Assembly: GCA_051294905.1 (NCBI GenBank)
Contig: CM119375.1
Location: forward strand, 25,110,001 to 25,174,000
Direction of reading: 5' to 3'
DNA length: 64,000 nt
Origin: Botryllus schlosseri
Lineage: Eukaryota
In this document: one piece after another, positions 1 through 13,186 of the stretch
How the letters are laid out: the number at the start of each line of letters is the position of its first letter
Position numbering within the stretch: position 1 is the first letter of the stretch
Translations under genes and position numbers: made by a program
The notes under the pieces: generated by a model
Told to the model about the DNA's origin: nothing
Seen by the model: only the letters and a program-made list of their open reading frames with translations
Databases searched by the model: none

Positions 1-843
1 TTGCAGTTTCCGGTGATAATTTACGACATTTTCAACATTCATTTCACTATAGCGAGATTTAGTTGAATGACTTGATGTAGAAGTACCGGTACCTGTTGAT
101 GACCGATGACTTGAACTTGATTTGCTTGAACTTTTCGCTTTCAAGTATTTGTGCTCTAAAGCCTTTGACATGGATCTCGTTTGAACTGATGATTTTGATC
201 TGGCACCATGAGACCTTGAAGACTTTGGTTTGTCTTTTGTTTTGGTGACTTTGTTGTCTTCTTCGCATCTCGGCGTCACATCCAGATCAGGATCTTTGGT
301 TTGGTTGTTGAAATCCATGACAATGACAGTTGAGTTTTTCTTTGTTGATTGGTGCACTTGTTGAGTGGAATCGTCAAAAAACTTTATGTAACCGCGAAAG
401 AGGGGTGGAATCTTCCACGTATACACAATGGATATATAACTGTCCTATCCAACACCCCAAGATGACGCGTTTCTGCCTGCTTCGTTGGTTTTTATTTTAT
501 ACAGACGAAAAACGGTTTTCTGAAAGCATTAATACACAGCGAATTAACACAAATTGTTTAGTACCGGATAAATCAATATATACTTACTTGACGGTGTTTC
601 CTTGAGGACAGTTACAAATTTCGAATCAGACTATTCATAATAATTATTTTAGGATCTATAAAAATTGCGATATAAATACGATTGAATAAGATTGATAGTC
701 GAAATATTAGCATCTGATACAAAGCAGGCAACGAGGGCGAAACTGAACGACAGTGAACTATATAACAGTTACGTCACAAAGGTCATACAAGGTTTATTGA
801 ACCGTGATGTTTATGGCTCTTGAAGTCCGAAATCGCGACTTCA
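1..843 (-). mobile_element. Window-truncated second copy of the BEL/Pao element: start of gag plus 5' LTR (387-843)
   Basis: Matches 20287-21129. The LTR is followed by the same GCCTA flank as at 21130. Confidence 0.95.
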
Positions 844-1865
844 GCCTATAGGCTATAGGCCTGTACGATGGAGGAAGAGAAAACTCTGAAGATTGCTTTC
901 AATTTGCAAGGTTTAGTCAAATCGTCGCAATAACGCATAGACCTCTCCTCAGTCGGCCCAAGGTAAGTTTGGCTGATTCTAGTGATACGCTATTAAATGA
1001 GCGATTTACATTAATCCTGATGTGGTTAAAGTAGTCTGCATTGCTACTCAAGTAACAGTCGTATTCCCGGGCGTACTGGTATTTAAACTTCCTCAAGTAG
1101 CTGTAGAAAGTGAAATGCCTTCAAGGTACTTAAGTTTGGAGATGGCTGCTTCAAAATTACAAGATGTATCTTCGAAAATAGGCAACACCTACTTGAGTAC
1201 TGCAATGAAGTAGAAGTTCTTCATTACTGACCAACTCTGCATACATCTATATATATTCTTAATGTTAATTTGTGTCTTTAAATACATCATTTGTTCATTT
1301 TTGTTGCAGATTCCGGAAAAACAAACGCGATGTTCCAGCATTTGCATCACGTCAACAGTGGATATCCTGATATATTATACTGGGCACATTCCATTGAAAT
1401 CTTGGCAAAGATGGCCACGATCTGAATATTTGGATCTCGTGCCTCCTCACCGAGATAATTTTTTGACATGGAATTATCTATCGCTCTATCGGAAAATCTG
1501 CAAGACAATGATACTGAATATTTCTTAACTGATAAATGAAATGAAATGCTTCAGGAGGCCCATTCGTGATGTACCGTTAAGCCATGGTGGTAATTTCTTC
1601 ACTGCGGTCATGAAACTATTTCTCGGTGAACAAAATATCAGCTGAATTCAACAACTGGGTCTACCGAATGCTTCTTAAATTAATAATGATATGTAGGCCT
1701 ACCAAACTGCTACCTGGCTAAATTTGAACCTGAAGAGAAGTATCAATGGTGTGCTGATTTCTTGATCAACTTTCATTGAGTGACATAGAAGCTGACAATG
1801 CTGCTATCACAATTTCGAGTCCTTACAGGCCGTGCTATCTTTTCGTTATTGTAAATGCTCCATGG

Positions 1866-2282
1866 TAGGGGTCCATTTAAAACAAACGGTGTTTGAAACA
1901 CTATGTTTAAAACATGCTTTAAACAGTGTGTTAAACAAAGGCCTTTTGAAAAAATTTCTTTTTAAGTTGTAAAATTATGCCATAATTGTGTAAATACTTT
2001 CAAAAATACGTGTTGTATGAGCCTACGGACGATTACCACCCGATATAGCCGCCTAATATCGATATGGGATGGCTGGAACCCTTAAAATAGTCGGTTCAAC
2101 AGCAATAGCACAGATATTTCGTCAAAGGAGCTATATTTACACTATATTTTCAATTGTCAATGTCAATCCAATATGACGTCAGTCACGTCACTATTGAATA
2201 TTCTTGACGTCATGGCTTAAAAAAAGGATGTTTTATACAAGGGCCTGGTTTTAAACATGCTTGTTTTAAATGCAGCCCTGTA
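1866..2282. mobile_element. hAT-type MITE (second copy 22152-22568)
   Basis: Imperfect TIRs TAGGGGTCCATTTAAAACAA / TTGTTTTAAATGCAGCCCTGTA. 8-bp direct repeat CTCCATGG on both sides. Confidence 0.7.
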
Positions 2283-2444
2283 CTCCATGGTGATTGTCGA
2301 TTAACGCGAATTGAAACGGTTAATTTAGTCAATCCTATTAACCCCCCCCCCCCTTTCCAGCTGCAAGGTTTCCGACAATGGCTAGTAAATAGGTAGAAGA
2401 CGCTGATATTATTCGTTATTCACCCTGTTATTTATGGCCTGATG

Positions 2445-3334
2445 CAGGGATGGTGTGAACGTGAGGTTCACGTTCGCGTTCTGTGTGTGAACCTCGGAAA
2501 ATTTGAGGTTCGCGTTCACAACAGAACCTTGGTAGGTTCTGCACTGTGAACCTTTTTCATATATTGCAATTTTCACTTCATTATAATATCTTTGCTTCAA
2601 ATTTATTGACTTTCAACTGCGGGCCACTCTATGCATGGAGCTGACAGCATAAACATTCAACACTAAACGAAAATGCCCTTGACAATCTCAAAAAATATTG
2701 TTACAAAAGTTTGCTCGAAATATCCAGCTTTCCGTTTGTACATAAATTTTGTCAGCGAATGATCCTAATTCAACCAATCAATGAGATTGATATCGTCTTC
2801 TGATGTAAAAATCTAGCAGGCGTACGGGGTCAATCTTGACTACATATGTATACTCTATCATAAAAACTAAATCCGTGGGACTGGGATGTTGGCTATACTG
2901 CTGTATAACTTGTTAATGGGGTAATATCGGTAGCAAGAATAGAAACCCATTTTACACTCTGCGTAATATACACGTGGCAATACTCAGACGCCGAATACAT
3001 TGTCAGATCAGGTCGAAATTTATGGCAAAGCGACGCAAGATTCTGATTTTATGGGATTATTATATCATTTGATTGCCTCAGTTGATACATTTGGCGACGT
3101 TTAAAACGTCAATATGTATACTTAAGTACTGAGCTATTATGTGGCCCCGAGTCGTCGCTCGGTATCGTGTACAGTAGGTTAATATAGGCAATCACCTAAG
3201 TGAAATATGGGGTTTAAATTAGCAATATGACGTCACGTGACGTCATAAGGTTCACGTTCGTGTTCACACAGAACCTTTCAAAAAGGTTCACGTTCACACG
3301 AACCTGAACCTTTCAGAGGTTAACACCATCCCTA
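2445..3334. mobile_element. MITE with GAACCT/AGGTTC subterminal repeats (second copy 22731-23620)
   Basis: TIRs CAGGGATGGTGTGAAC / GTTAACACCATCCCTA. No clean TSD. Confidence 0.65.
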
Positions 3335-4290
3335 GATATGATGTGTAGAAATTAAACACATTCATGATTTACTGAAATTCAGAGTTGTCATAGTTTACTT
3401 GGTTGGCTATACAGCAGTGTCATGCTTTACTAAGTTGGCTATACAGCAGTAAGGTTGTGATAAGGGAAGAATGTCTAGCTTACTCACTAACTATTCCGCA
3501 AAAGGTTGAGGATCGTTATTCTAGAAACAGCTGTATCGCTAGCTTGCAGAAAAGTGGATATTTCAAGGCAGATTGCAGGTAACTTTCTGGACCTACTTAG
3601 GTAAAGGCCAGAATGAAGTCAGCCATCCCGGAGTTCTATATATCCCTGGAGTCATTACACATTTTGACTCGAATCAAGTCATGTCACTCGACTTTTGGAG
3701 GTGACTCGAGTCATGCCATTGCATTTCGCACGATAATTGAAGTAATATAGTCGCTAATAATTACCGAATATCGAGTTAATTATACCTTTAACGGAGTGTT
3801 CTATGACTCAGGTAGGCACAGAACTGCTAAACTATACGTCGGTAACTGTCAACCAAATAGAACATGGAATATTAAACTTTAAACTTCGCAAAAAAGGATA
3901 AAGAACGCACATAGTGTCCTAATGGCGTAATCAAAGCGTAGTCAGAATATCTCACGACAAAACTGCACGATGTCGACTTCATAGCGAGTGATAGGATATC
4001 AGTCAGGTTTTTGGTTAGTTTCTACGAAGAATTTTCTAGGTCCTGCAGCAACTTCTTCAGCTGTGATTCCTCGTCGTTTTCCTCCTCGATCCTTTTGTGC
4101 AGGATCTCCGAGATTTCCTTCTTCACGTTCTGATCGGTCTCAGGAGTGGGAGGATTCATTCGTTGCACGATTTGATCAATTTGCGCGGGTTCTATCTCGA
4201 TATTGATCGGGTTGCCGTCCGGGTCAAACATCTCGTAGACGACACCACTTGTATTTGGATCTGGGAGAGTGGGCTCGTCTCCATGGGCGA

Positions 4291-6492
4291 CAGTGATGAG
4301 CGGAGTCTGCTTTTCGAGACTCCGAGTCCCTCCGACAACTTTGGTCTCTGAGGCAAAGTCCCTCCGACTCCGGGGATCTCAATCCCAGACTCCGAGATAA
4401 CCCGAAGAATCTTGTCCAGTCCCCGAAACATATTCAGACCATTGTCGAAGAATCCCAATCGATGTTTTCGATAGCCTGTCTGATATTCATACCAGTTTTT
4501 TAGTATCCGTGAATTGCCGAACAGTCGCAACATTACTTCTGAGAGTCAAGTTCTCTCCAACAAAATGGACAGTCAAGTTAATAGAACTGCGACCCTTTAG
4601 ATCGGTCCACATATCTGTGGTGATGCCAGCCAGCCCATAACACTTGGTAGCAACTCTTAGTTCCTCTGACAGCTTCTGCTTCAAAGATAAAGCCTCCTCA
4701 TCCAACTTACGTTTCACCGTAAATCTGGATGGCAAAACGTCTTCAGCACAACACCACGGCAAACCGGCACTTCTTCGGTATTCTCCACCCGGCGATCAGT
4801 GTTCCCCATGATCACCTTCTCCTTTGATTTCTTGCTTACTTTTTTGTTGGAAGAAAGGAACTTTCTTCAACTGCGATCAATTCTTCTTACACGCTTCGAT
4901 ATGTCTTCGAAGATGCGACGTACCACTTGTTAACTTGTGATGCTTTGGCTGAACATAGCAATTTTGACATCTCGCAAACCCAGTATACTGGCCGTTATTA
5001 TCATGCAGCATCAGAGTGAAATCCTTCCACAATCCACAAGTCACTCTTTTTCTGCGTCTTTGTGAGTAACCCACTTGACGTCGACGGTGCTTCAGCCATT
5101 ATAATAAAACGAAACGACGAAGGAAGACCAGTCAGTTAGAACTAACTACCACTAACACCACTGAAATCGACGATCACATCACAGGTTTCAGTAAATTAAG
5201 TACCGCATCGCAATGAAACAGTTGATGGAACTGCACTGCACTAAACATACATGATGCATCACTGACGCACCGATCGACGCTCCTTGGAGTTGACTAAATG
5301 ACTAGTGACTTCCAATTTTGAAGCTGATACATGATATCTGGAATTTGGAGTCTGAGACAGACCAGCAGCAGAAACTTGATTGCGGTGCTGATTTTTCTTA
5401 TCACATCAAAGTCATTTCTCAATCAAACCAAACATTACTTGACGAAAATTCAGAAGAGTTCTGGATGACTGACTACGTCAATCAATATTGAAGGAAGCGC
5501 AGTTGAGTTGATGCGAGCAGAGATTAGAGCAGACGGTTGTAGTTATTTAGTGTGGCTGTTCAGAAATGCAATCAAGTCATGTGACATATTGCATAAGTTA
5601 TTATTGTTTCCATCCAGATACTTGCTTGTATGTATATTTCTTACAGATATAAAGGTAATATTGATGTAACACTTATTATCGATATCTCTCACTGCAAATT
5701 GCAAGTACGATAAAAGTTGCGAAAAGTTATCACAAAAGTGGTATCGGATATTATCTTGTTTCAACTGATACCAACGTTGGGAATACATTTTCACAAAATG
5801 GACCTATTACTATGTTGAATGTCATCAGGATAATGGGATATATTCCGTTATGATCATGAACTTGCTGGAAGAATCAGGGTAGCTAAAGGCTGTACCATAG
5901 GGAAGCCTCGCTGTATGTTGCTGATTGTAAATGTTTCGCACACTTACTGGGGTAGCATGAAAATTAGTCCCGAAACAAATACGCAAGGAGGAATGTAATG
6001 TGACTATAGAAGACTGCAATGACAGCAACGTGGAAGATTCTGGAGATCTTATCCCATAATATGGTGACATTCAGCAGTGGATTCAAAGACTGCATCTCAA
6101 GGCAGGGAGAAAAGGATGCACTGCGAATGATGTTGGGTGCCTTCAAGTTTGTGAACTACAGACACTGCTCAACGGAAATGCCTTGCTAGATCACTAGGTT
6201 ACTCTCCAGTCCCCAATTGCAGTGCAGATGGCTGATTTTTATGCACTTGGCAATCATTTTTGCATGTTACCCGTCATATTACAACTTTACAAGGTGTCAA
6301 ATGTCTGTGTTTTGGTTTGCAATCAATAGTGTCTTCTGGTCAAAGATATCGGGGGCACCGGGCAAAACTTACAATACTCCGTAAAACTCCGGAAAAATAT
6401 CTGTTGTAAACTCCGACTCCACTCCGGGTATCACAAAATTGGCAAAACTCCGCTCCGAATCCACTCCGACTCCGCTCCGGTGCTCATCACTG
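4291..6492 (-). mobile_element. Non-autonomous hAT (Ac/Hermes-like) DNA transposon inserted in a coding exon
   Basis: 11-bp TIR CAGTGATGAGC / GCTCATCACTG, perfect 8-bp TSD ATGGGCGA (4283-4290, 6493-6500) and CTCCGA subterminal repeats. The empty site is visible in copy 2 at 24569-24576. Confidence 0.95.
4487..5074 (-). pseudogene. hAT transposase remnant: BED zinc finger and start of catalytic domain
   Basis: W..FT...FARCQNC...SGTSHLRRHIEAC (BED finger). ITTDMWTD...NLTVHF resembles the first catalytic Asp motif of Hermes/Ac. The ORF is broken and the C-terminal part is missing. Confidence 0.85.
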
Positions 6493-9110
6493 ATGGGCGA
6501 CCGGGTTGTGATGAAGTATCTCAATCTCGAGCGGATTGCCATGACGATCCTCTATGCTGATGACGTTAGAGGTGGATGGTGACGTGGTTGTAGTGGTCGC
6601 GGGGACGTGATCGTGTAGCGGATGTTCGACGACAATGAATTCTCCGGAACCTTTTGCATTAAATATATGTCTGCATTAAATGTAAGTATGTGTATATGCG
6701 CTCGGCCCGCATCATTCGTTTTTGATTACCGTATGCTTATTGCCAGATATAATGATATGGGAATGTATTGTTAACATGAATATTCATATTCTACGCTTCG
6801 AAGAACTTGTATATACTCATGATAATAAAACAATGATAAGTATATTATAACTAAAAGATATTACTATATTTATGTGATGACAAAATATTATTAGTAGCCT
6901 ATTATATAGTAATAATATAATGAATAATAGAGATTAGTTGCCTAGCTATTACCAAATTAGTGAAAAAGCATTCTAGGTCTAGTTTTTTTCTGAACACTGA
7001 AAGGTAGAGATAAACTGAAGATTGGAAGTAGAGATAATCTGAAATCACTTTAACTTGAGTAAGTGATGGTCCATGCAAAGCCATATCCCAAAACTATTTT
7101 TAACCTTGCAAAATCGAGAGCGCTAAGTGTAAGTAGTTTAGTAACGAAACTATATATAGTATATAGAGGTAGAAAGGCGGAATATCTATCAACAATAAGT
7201 GGGCAAAAAGTAGGTCTTGTAAACACCGTAGACTGCCGCAGCTCAAGCTGCGGCCCGTGTAAAATTAGGGCCTTTGAAATATACAAGCATATTCTTGATA
7301 AATTTGAGTGTGAATTATTATTAATTAAAAATATTTATATTTTAATGAATAAAGATAACAATGACATGTCACCTTTGAATTGTTGTTGATGGGTGACGTA
7401 ATCGACGGCGATATCCGAATTCGAATTCGCGCTCGGATATTTACGAACCGAATCGATGATTGCGCGACAAAGCTTCTCGGCCTCCTCCAGCTCTTGTGAT
7501 GTCATACTTGACGCGTCCATCTTCCCTGTGACTTCTTGTCCATGTATGATCCGATCCGGCATGACGTCGCGGAATTCCCCGATCCCGATCTCTTTTCCTG
7601 CGTGTTGCCGCGAGATCGCGCCGTAGAGCCGAGATCGAGTCCCGATAAATTGTTCGAATTCTTCTCTTTCAATTTTTCCGTTTCTGTTCGAGTCAGCGAT
7701 CGTGAAAACGAGTTCTGGAGCAAAAACACCGTCCGCTCCGAGGATGCTGCGGACAAATATCGGATTTGCATTGAAATTGTTCAAAATTGGAAAAATACAT
7801 CCAACAATTCGTATCTTTCCGGAATTTATTCACTCTAGGCTTGGGAATTACAAATCCATACATAAAATATACTTGTTTATTATTTTTACTCATTGTGAAT
7901 GTAAATATTTAAATTTTCCACGGTACTGGGAAACATTTGGTAAAGAGGAAAGTAAATTGGAGCTTCCAGGATGCCGCGGATATACGAGGGTTTATATCGA
8001 AACGAATTCCAGATTCCGAAAAATACGACCAATAATACATATATATCCCTCATTTCTTCACGCCCCAGAGTCGGAAATTACATATACAATAAATGGATCC
8101 CGGGATTCTGCGGATATAAATAGATTTTTAGAGTACGATAATGATGATGATATTTGCGTCGATATTTACCAATGTTGAACACTACGTGACATGAATTAGG
8201 CAGTTCAATCAAGCGTTGCATAAAATGGTTGCATATGAAAATTGGGCAATGAGCCCATATCCGTATCTTGCAGATTAGTACGAATGAGCTGGCCGTTTTC
8301 CGAAATGTGTTTGACACTCGTCAGTCAGTACATGGACTATTCATTCTTTTTTACTTCATTCCGTTTTCTTGTTTATGTTGTTTGCATGCGATATGGTATT
8401 TTATTGTATTGGATTTACTGATTAGTTTGGTAATTTCATGGATGTGCTTAACTGTTACTTGCCATTTGTATTTCAGTATACCTGTGCACAGAATGAGGGA
8501 TTCGACACTACTCGCCATACACCTATATATGTAGGCCTATGGTATTTTGTTCCAGGATATAATTTTATTCTGGCTAAAGTCTCATTATAATAACTGACAC
8601 ATTAAATTTGATAAGTGGCCGTATGGGTTTGGGTGATGATGAAAATGGGGTCGTGCACTGCATGCATGTACGGCGTACGTGTATCATGCGCGCACTTCAG
8701 ATCGCAAATCCTCTCAAAACACACTTCCATCACGCTTGATAGTTTAGAAATGGGTATTCTATTTTGCAGCACACAGCGTGTCAAAACCGGAGAAAGAGGA
8801 GCTGTAGCACTTTAGAGAGTGGCGTACCATTGAAGCTCTTTGGCCAAAATTATTCACTTGTACTATCCTTGTTTTCGAAAGCTACAAATTAAATTGTCAG
8901 TGTAGGCCTATTGCTTCATCGCGCCATAAACAATTATACTGTTAGTGCTGTGACCTACAACTTTACATGCGCGTTATAAAATATGGGTTGGTTGGTTTGG
9001 AGTACATGCATTGTTCATATTAAGAACTGCGTTCAGCATTCCTCAAATTTTTGGCGAACTAAATTCAAAGTGAGCATACGTCTAAACTCCATGTTCAAGG
9101 GATTTAAAAG

Positions 9111-9428
9111 TAGGGTTACCATATTTTGGAATCAGAAAAGGAGGACACTTCTTCAAAATTGTCAAACTTAAATTTTTCCCACTTCGTGTTCGGTTGACTA
9201 AAAAATAAAGGTTAAATCTCCGGCTCAGCTCCCGAAATAGCCGCCGGAACGTTATTTCAGTGCTGATTTACTGTATCTCAGTTCAATTTTACTCCATATT
9301 TAACCGAAATTCTCAAAAGAGGGGACAAAATCACAAAAAGGTGGACATTTAAGCGTCCTCGAAGGACGTTTTCAAAAATCTGAAAAAGGAGGACAAATCC
9401 TCCTAAAGGAGGACGTATGGTAACCCTA
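9111..9428. mobile_element. hAT-type MITE (second copy 27187-27504)
   Basis: Perfect 13-bp TIR TAGGGTTACCATA / TATGGTAACCCTA. TSD TTTAAAAG / TTTAATAG (7 of 8). GGAGGAC subterminal repeats. Confidence 0.85.
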
Positions 9429-10306
9429 TTTAATAGTCATATAAAGCAATAAAACAACACCCAATACAATTAAATTCCTGATATCGCCGATCGCAGATAT
9501 GGATTCGGGATGTGTATAATGGGATCAAACCAAATACGTATGAGACAATACCCGATGGTTGTTATAAGAACTTTGATTTGATCCCGAATATAGCATATAA
9601 TTAGATTACTTGAGTGGGTGCAATTGAAGCGTGGAATATTTCAAATAGTAGAGTGAAAACCCGGAAAGACCGACAGGACTTCGACCTCTTACCCAATCTT
9701 TGAAATGTTAAGGGGTGAGGTGGGGTGCAATACCATTAAAATGTCTGAAAAGGGGCGCTAGAGAAGGTCAAGACCCTCTGATTGAAACGCAAATAGCTAT
9801 AGGGTATCGCACAGTCACACACTCACACAGTCTGTGAGTAATATCTCGAACCTGTCTTTAGTAGAGCGATAGGAAGAGACGCAATCCTCCATCACATCAC
9901 GTCCGCCCATCACCTTCCTCCTCACCGCGCGTATCACGTCGCACAACATATTCCTGCCTTCCAGTTCGGTGACGTCATAAACGTCCTGCCAGGATTCTCG
10001 CCGTTTTTCGCCAGCCACTGAAAAGCGCGAGGGATTTGAAATTTGAATCTGTTGCGGTGTTGGCGGGAAACTCACTACCGTAGAGCAGCTCGTGAACGAA
10101 CACGTAGAAATCTTGTTCGGTTAGTTCTGTGACGTCACGATGAACGGTGCCGTAGATTGCGTGACCGAGGGCGCTCGCCACTGATAATGTCTCTGATGAC
10201 GTCTGCAAATATATCAAATAAAACAAATCATGACATATATTTGCATATGTATATAGGTATGACATAGCATACATATACACATGTATCGTTTATCACACGT
10301 GTACAT

Positions 10307-12085
10307 TAGGGTTGTTCAGAATTGACCGACTTTCAAAATGTCGTGGTTTTCAGTCCGATTCCCATGCCTTATACCATAAAAACATATTCTAGGTACTTTT
10401 TTTCGTAATTCATCCCTTGCATCCGTGTGCACATTGAGCTGGAAGAATATCGGCTAAAAATAGGGGATTCCCCTAAAATATGAGTGTCGCTATTCGGACT
10501 AGGCTAGTAAAACGTCATATATAAGCTGGTTTTATGTAGCTACTGCGGTTGGAGTGCTACATAACCTCACTATAGAAAGTATTGTCAGTTCAGAACACCA
10601 TTTTCATGTACCACACTGCCTTAGAACTCCTCAAAACTGCCTAAGACTGATAGTCATTTTGTTGGATCACCTGTCCTACACTCCTCAACCCTACCCGAGA
10701 TTGTTCATCAATTGCCGCGATCACCACGTGCAAGAATACAACTGAAAATTATCATTCACTCACAGCCACATTATAAACATCACATTGTTCAAAGGAAACG
10801 AAACAAAAAGGCAAAGAAACAGATCAACTTGGCAAATACTACTTAAATCAGGTCCGGATGAAATGGTTGCTTTAGAGAAATCGGCATATCTGTTTCGTGA
10901 TCTTCCACGGCTTGTAAGAGGCTCGCTCGCTGTTCTTTGTCATCTGTTTTGAAAGCATCAAAGTCGGTATTCAATTTCACCAAACGCTCTGCTGCGCCGT
11001 TAACTATTTCAACGCTACTCACAAATTCTTGAGCAGTCACGAAATGCGAATCAGTATGCGGATGCCATTCCGAAACTGGAAGACTAAACCAATCATGTTC
11101 GACATGTATAGCATTGAATAGAAACCATGATTCCGGTTCAATTAAAGCAACCATACCGATTGACTCAGAGACAGAGTCAGAGATTAGACTCAGAGGTATA
11201 GCCTACCTCTGCGAAATTGTTCAAGGATTGGCATTTGCAGCAATTTAGCAGCCATCGCTTCCTTCACTTTGTCAGGAATCTTTGGTTTAGCCGAGAACAT
11301 TGTTGATACCACCGTTTCCTCGGTGAGATGCCAATGATGTTCACGCATCTTTTTATATGCCACATCAGCAACTGTAAAATCGCACAATGAAAAGTCTGTC
11401 ATGCCATGAAGGAATTTGAGATCAATATACTGTGCTTCACATGCATTACCAGTTTTCAACCAAGCTGAATAATAAAACAGGGCAACTTTCTAATGAACTC
11501 TTCAGAATAGCCCATTTGCTTTCTCCACATGAACATTTTTGACAGTACAGCACTTGACTCATCCATCCAGTGCTATTAGTAGCACCAGGCTTGTGAAAAC
11601 GATTATCAATATATTGGGAAGCTGCAATCGCCAAGGTGCCTGTTGCACATTCTCTGTAGTCATTTCTTATCAAGACTTCTTTCTGCTTTCCATTATATGG
11701 CTTCATCAGTGGAATTATTTCTTGCTTAGCTTCATCAGCTTTGATCGCCAACCAGCTGCATTCATCAAACTGAAGCGTTTTAGAGCTTCTTAATTGATCA
11801 ATATCTTTCCACTTCTTGGAAGGTATTAAAATCTGTGTTTTCAGGGCCTGTGGTCGCAGATCCAAACACACTTCACTTCCAGACCTCCCCGGATGACTAG
11901 TTCATGTATATGATGGTGACAAGCAGAAGTAGAAAGTAGAAAACTTTCCTGTTTATCAATTCTTCAAGTAACAGAACCGCACCTTTTTTTCCCCATTGTT
12001 TGAGGGTGTTGTGTCAAACACAAGTGCTATGACATTATTTGTTTAATTATAAAGTTCCAGCAGTTCAAATGACAGATCAGCCTGT
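10307..12085 (-). mobile_element. Truncated copy of the TAGGG-ended hAT-like element, cut by the duplication breakpoint
   Basis: Matches 28383-30160. The second TIR is absent. Confidence 0.9.
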
Positions 12086-12164
12086 CACCCTGTGGATATC
12101 AAGCTATATCACCCTGTGGGATATAAAGCTGTATCAGCTGTATCACAGCTGTATCAGCTGTATC
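12086..12164 (-). repeat. Short inverted copy of the 9/24-bp minisatellite at the duplication junction
   Basis: CACCCTGTGGATATAAAGCTGTATC-like and AGCTGTATC units are the reverse complement of units in 12815-13186. Confidence 0.85.
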
Positions 12165-12814
12165 CCGATCTTATAGGCCGATGTTATCATTAATTATTGA
12201 AAATTTTTGCGCTTCACGCTAGCTCACTAAACATTACAACAATAATTTCGTGGCAAAAGCGAACAACGTCATGGGGGACGGTTTATCACCCTATAAGAGC
12301 CCAAGATTCCAGGTTTTTTTCTTTTTTGGGGAGCCTGACGAAGTGCTGTTTCGTTCCTGCCAACGGCCGGGTCTACACACCCGGAGATGTTTAATTTTAT
12401 TATTCGAGGGGTCCTACCTTTTCAAACACACCTCATTCAGTTCTACCGGCCGGTAGCCTAAATTAGATTACGTGAGCAGACAGACGTTATAAAAATTGAT
12501 AGCAATCTATATACAATTCCCGATCATATATGGACCGACTTAGTCATGAAATATAGAAATTTCTCATTCTTTGCGCGTGTAGGCGAGAAAAGCTGACTCA
12601 CTAAATGTGTGACAGCCTACTAGACTATTTCGCGCATCCCAGACATAGTATAGACCTGATACTAATTGCAGAGTGATACCTGGGTGAATCTCGGTACGGT
12701 TTGTCTATAATATGGGAGCAGCGATGATTCTCAAAGTTAAAGTAATTTAAAAAATAATAATAAAAAAATCAAGAATTGTTTGAACACAAGACACCGATTC
12801 CATACAGGTAGAGT

Positions 12815-13186
12815 GATACAGCTGATAGAGCCGTGTTACAGCTGATAGCTGATACAGCTTTATATCCACAGGGTGATACAACTGATACAGCTTCATATCC
12901 ACAGGGTGCTACAGCTTTATATCCACAGGGTGATACAGCTGATACAGCTTTATATCCACAGGGTGATACAGCTGGTACAGCTTTATATCCACAGGGTGAT
13001 ACAGCTTTATATCCACAGGGTGATACAGCTGGTACAGCTTTATATCCACAGGGTGATACAGCTTTATATCCACAGGGTGATACAGCTGATACAGCTGATA
13101 CAGCTTTATATCCACATGGTGATACAGCTGATACAGCTTTATATCCACAGAGTGATACAGCTGATACAGCTTTATATCCACAGGGT
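12815..13186 (+). repeat. Compound minisatellite of GATACAGCT (9 bp) and GATACAGCTTTATATCCACAGGGT (24 bp) units
   Basis: Directly visible. It produces the repetitive DTALYPQG / AVSPCGYK ORFs in several frames. Confidence 0.95.

Larger units (their letters stand above)
4022..10202 (-). pseudogene. Duplicated, 5'-truncated copy of the EF-hand gene 3' exons (10076-10202, 9827-10017, 7373-7746, 6493-6650 plus 4022-4290)
   Basis: Same exons as 24308-28278. The last exon is split by the hAT insertion, and the upstream exons (37881-38661) lie outside the duplicated block. Confidence 0.7.
1..12085. repeat. Tandem segmental duplication, copy 1
   Basis: ORF translations are identical to those in 20287-30160. 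Offset is 20286 before the hAT insertion, 18076 after it, and 18075 after a 1-bp T-run difference near 10400. Homology stops at GACAGATCAGCCTGT (12085). Confidence 0.95.
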
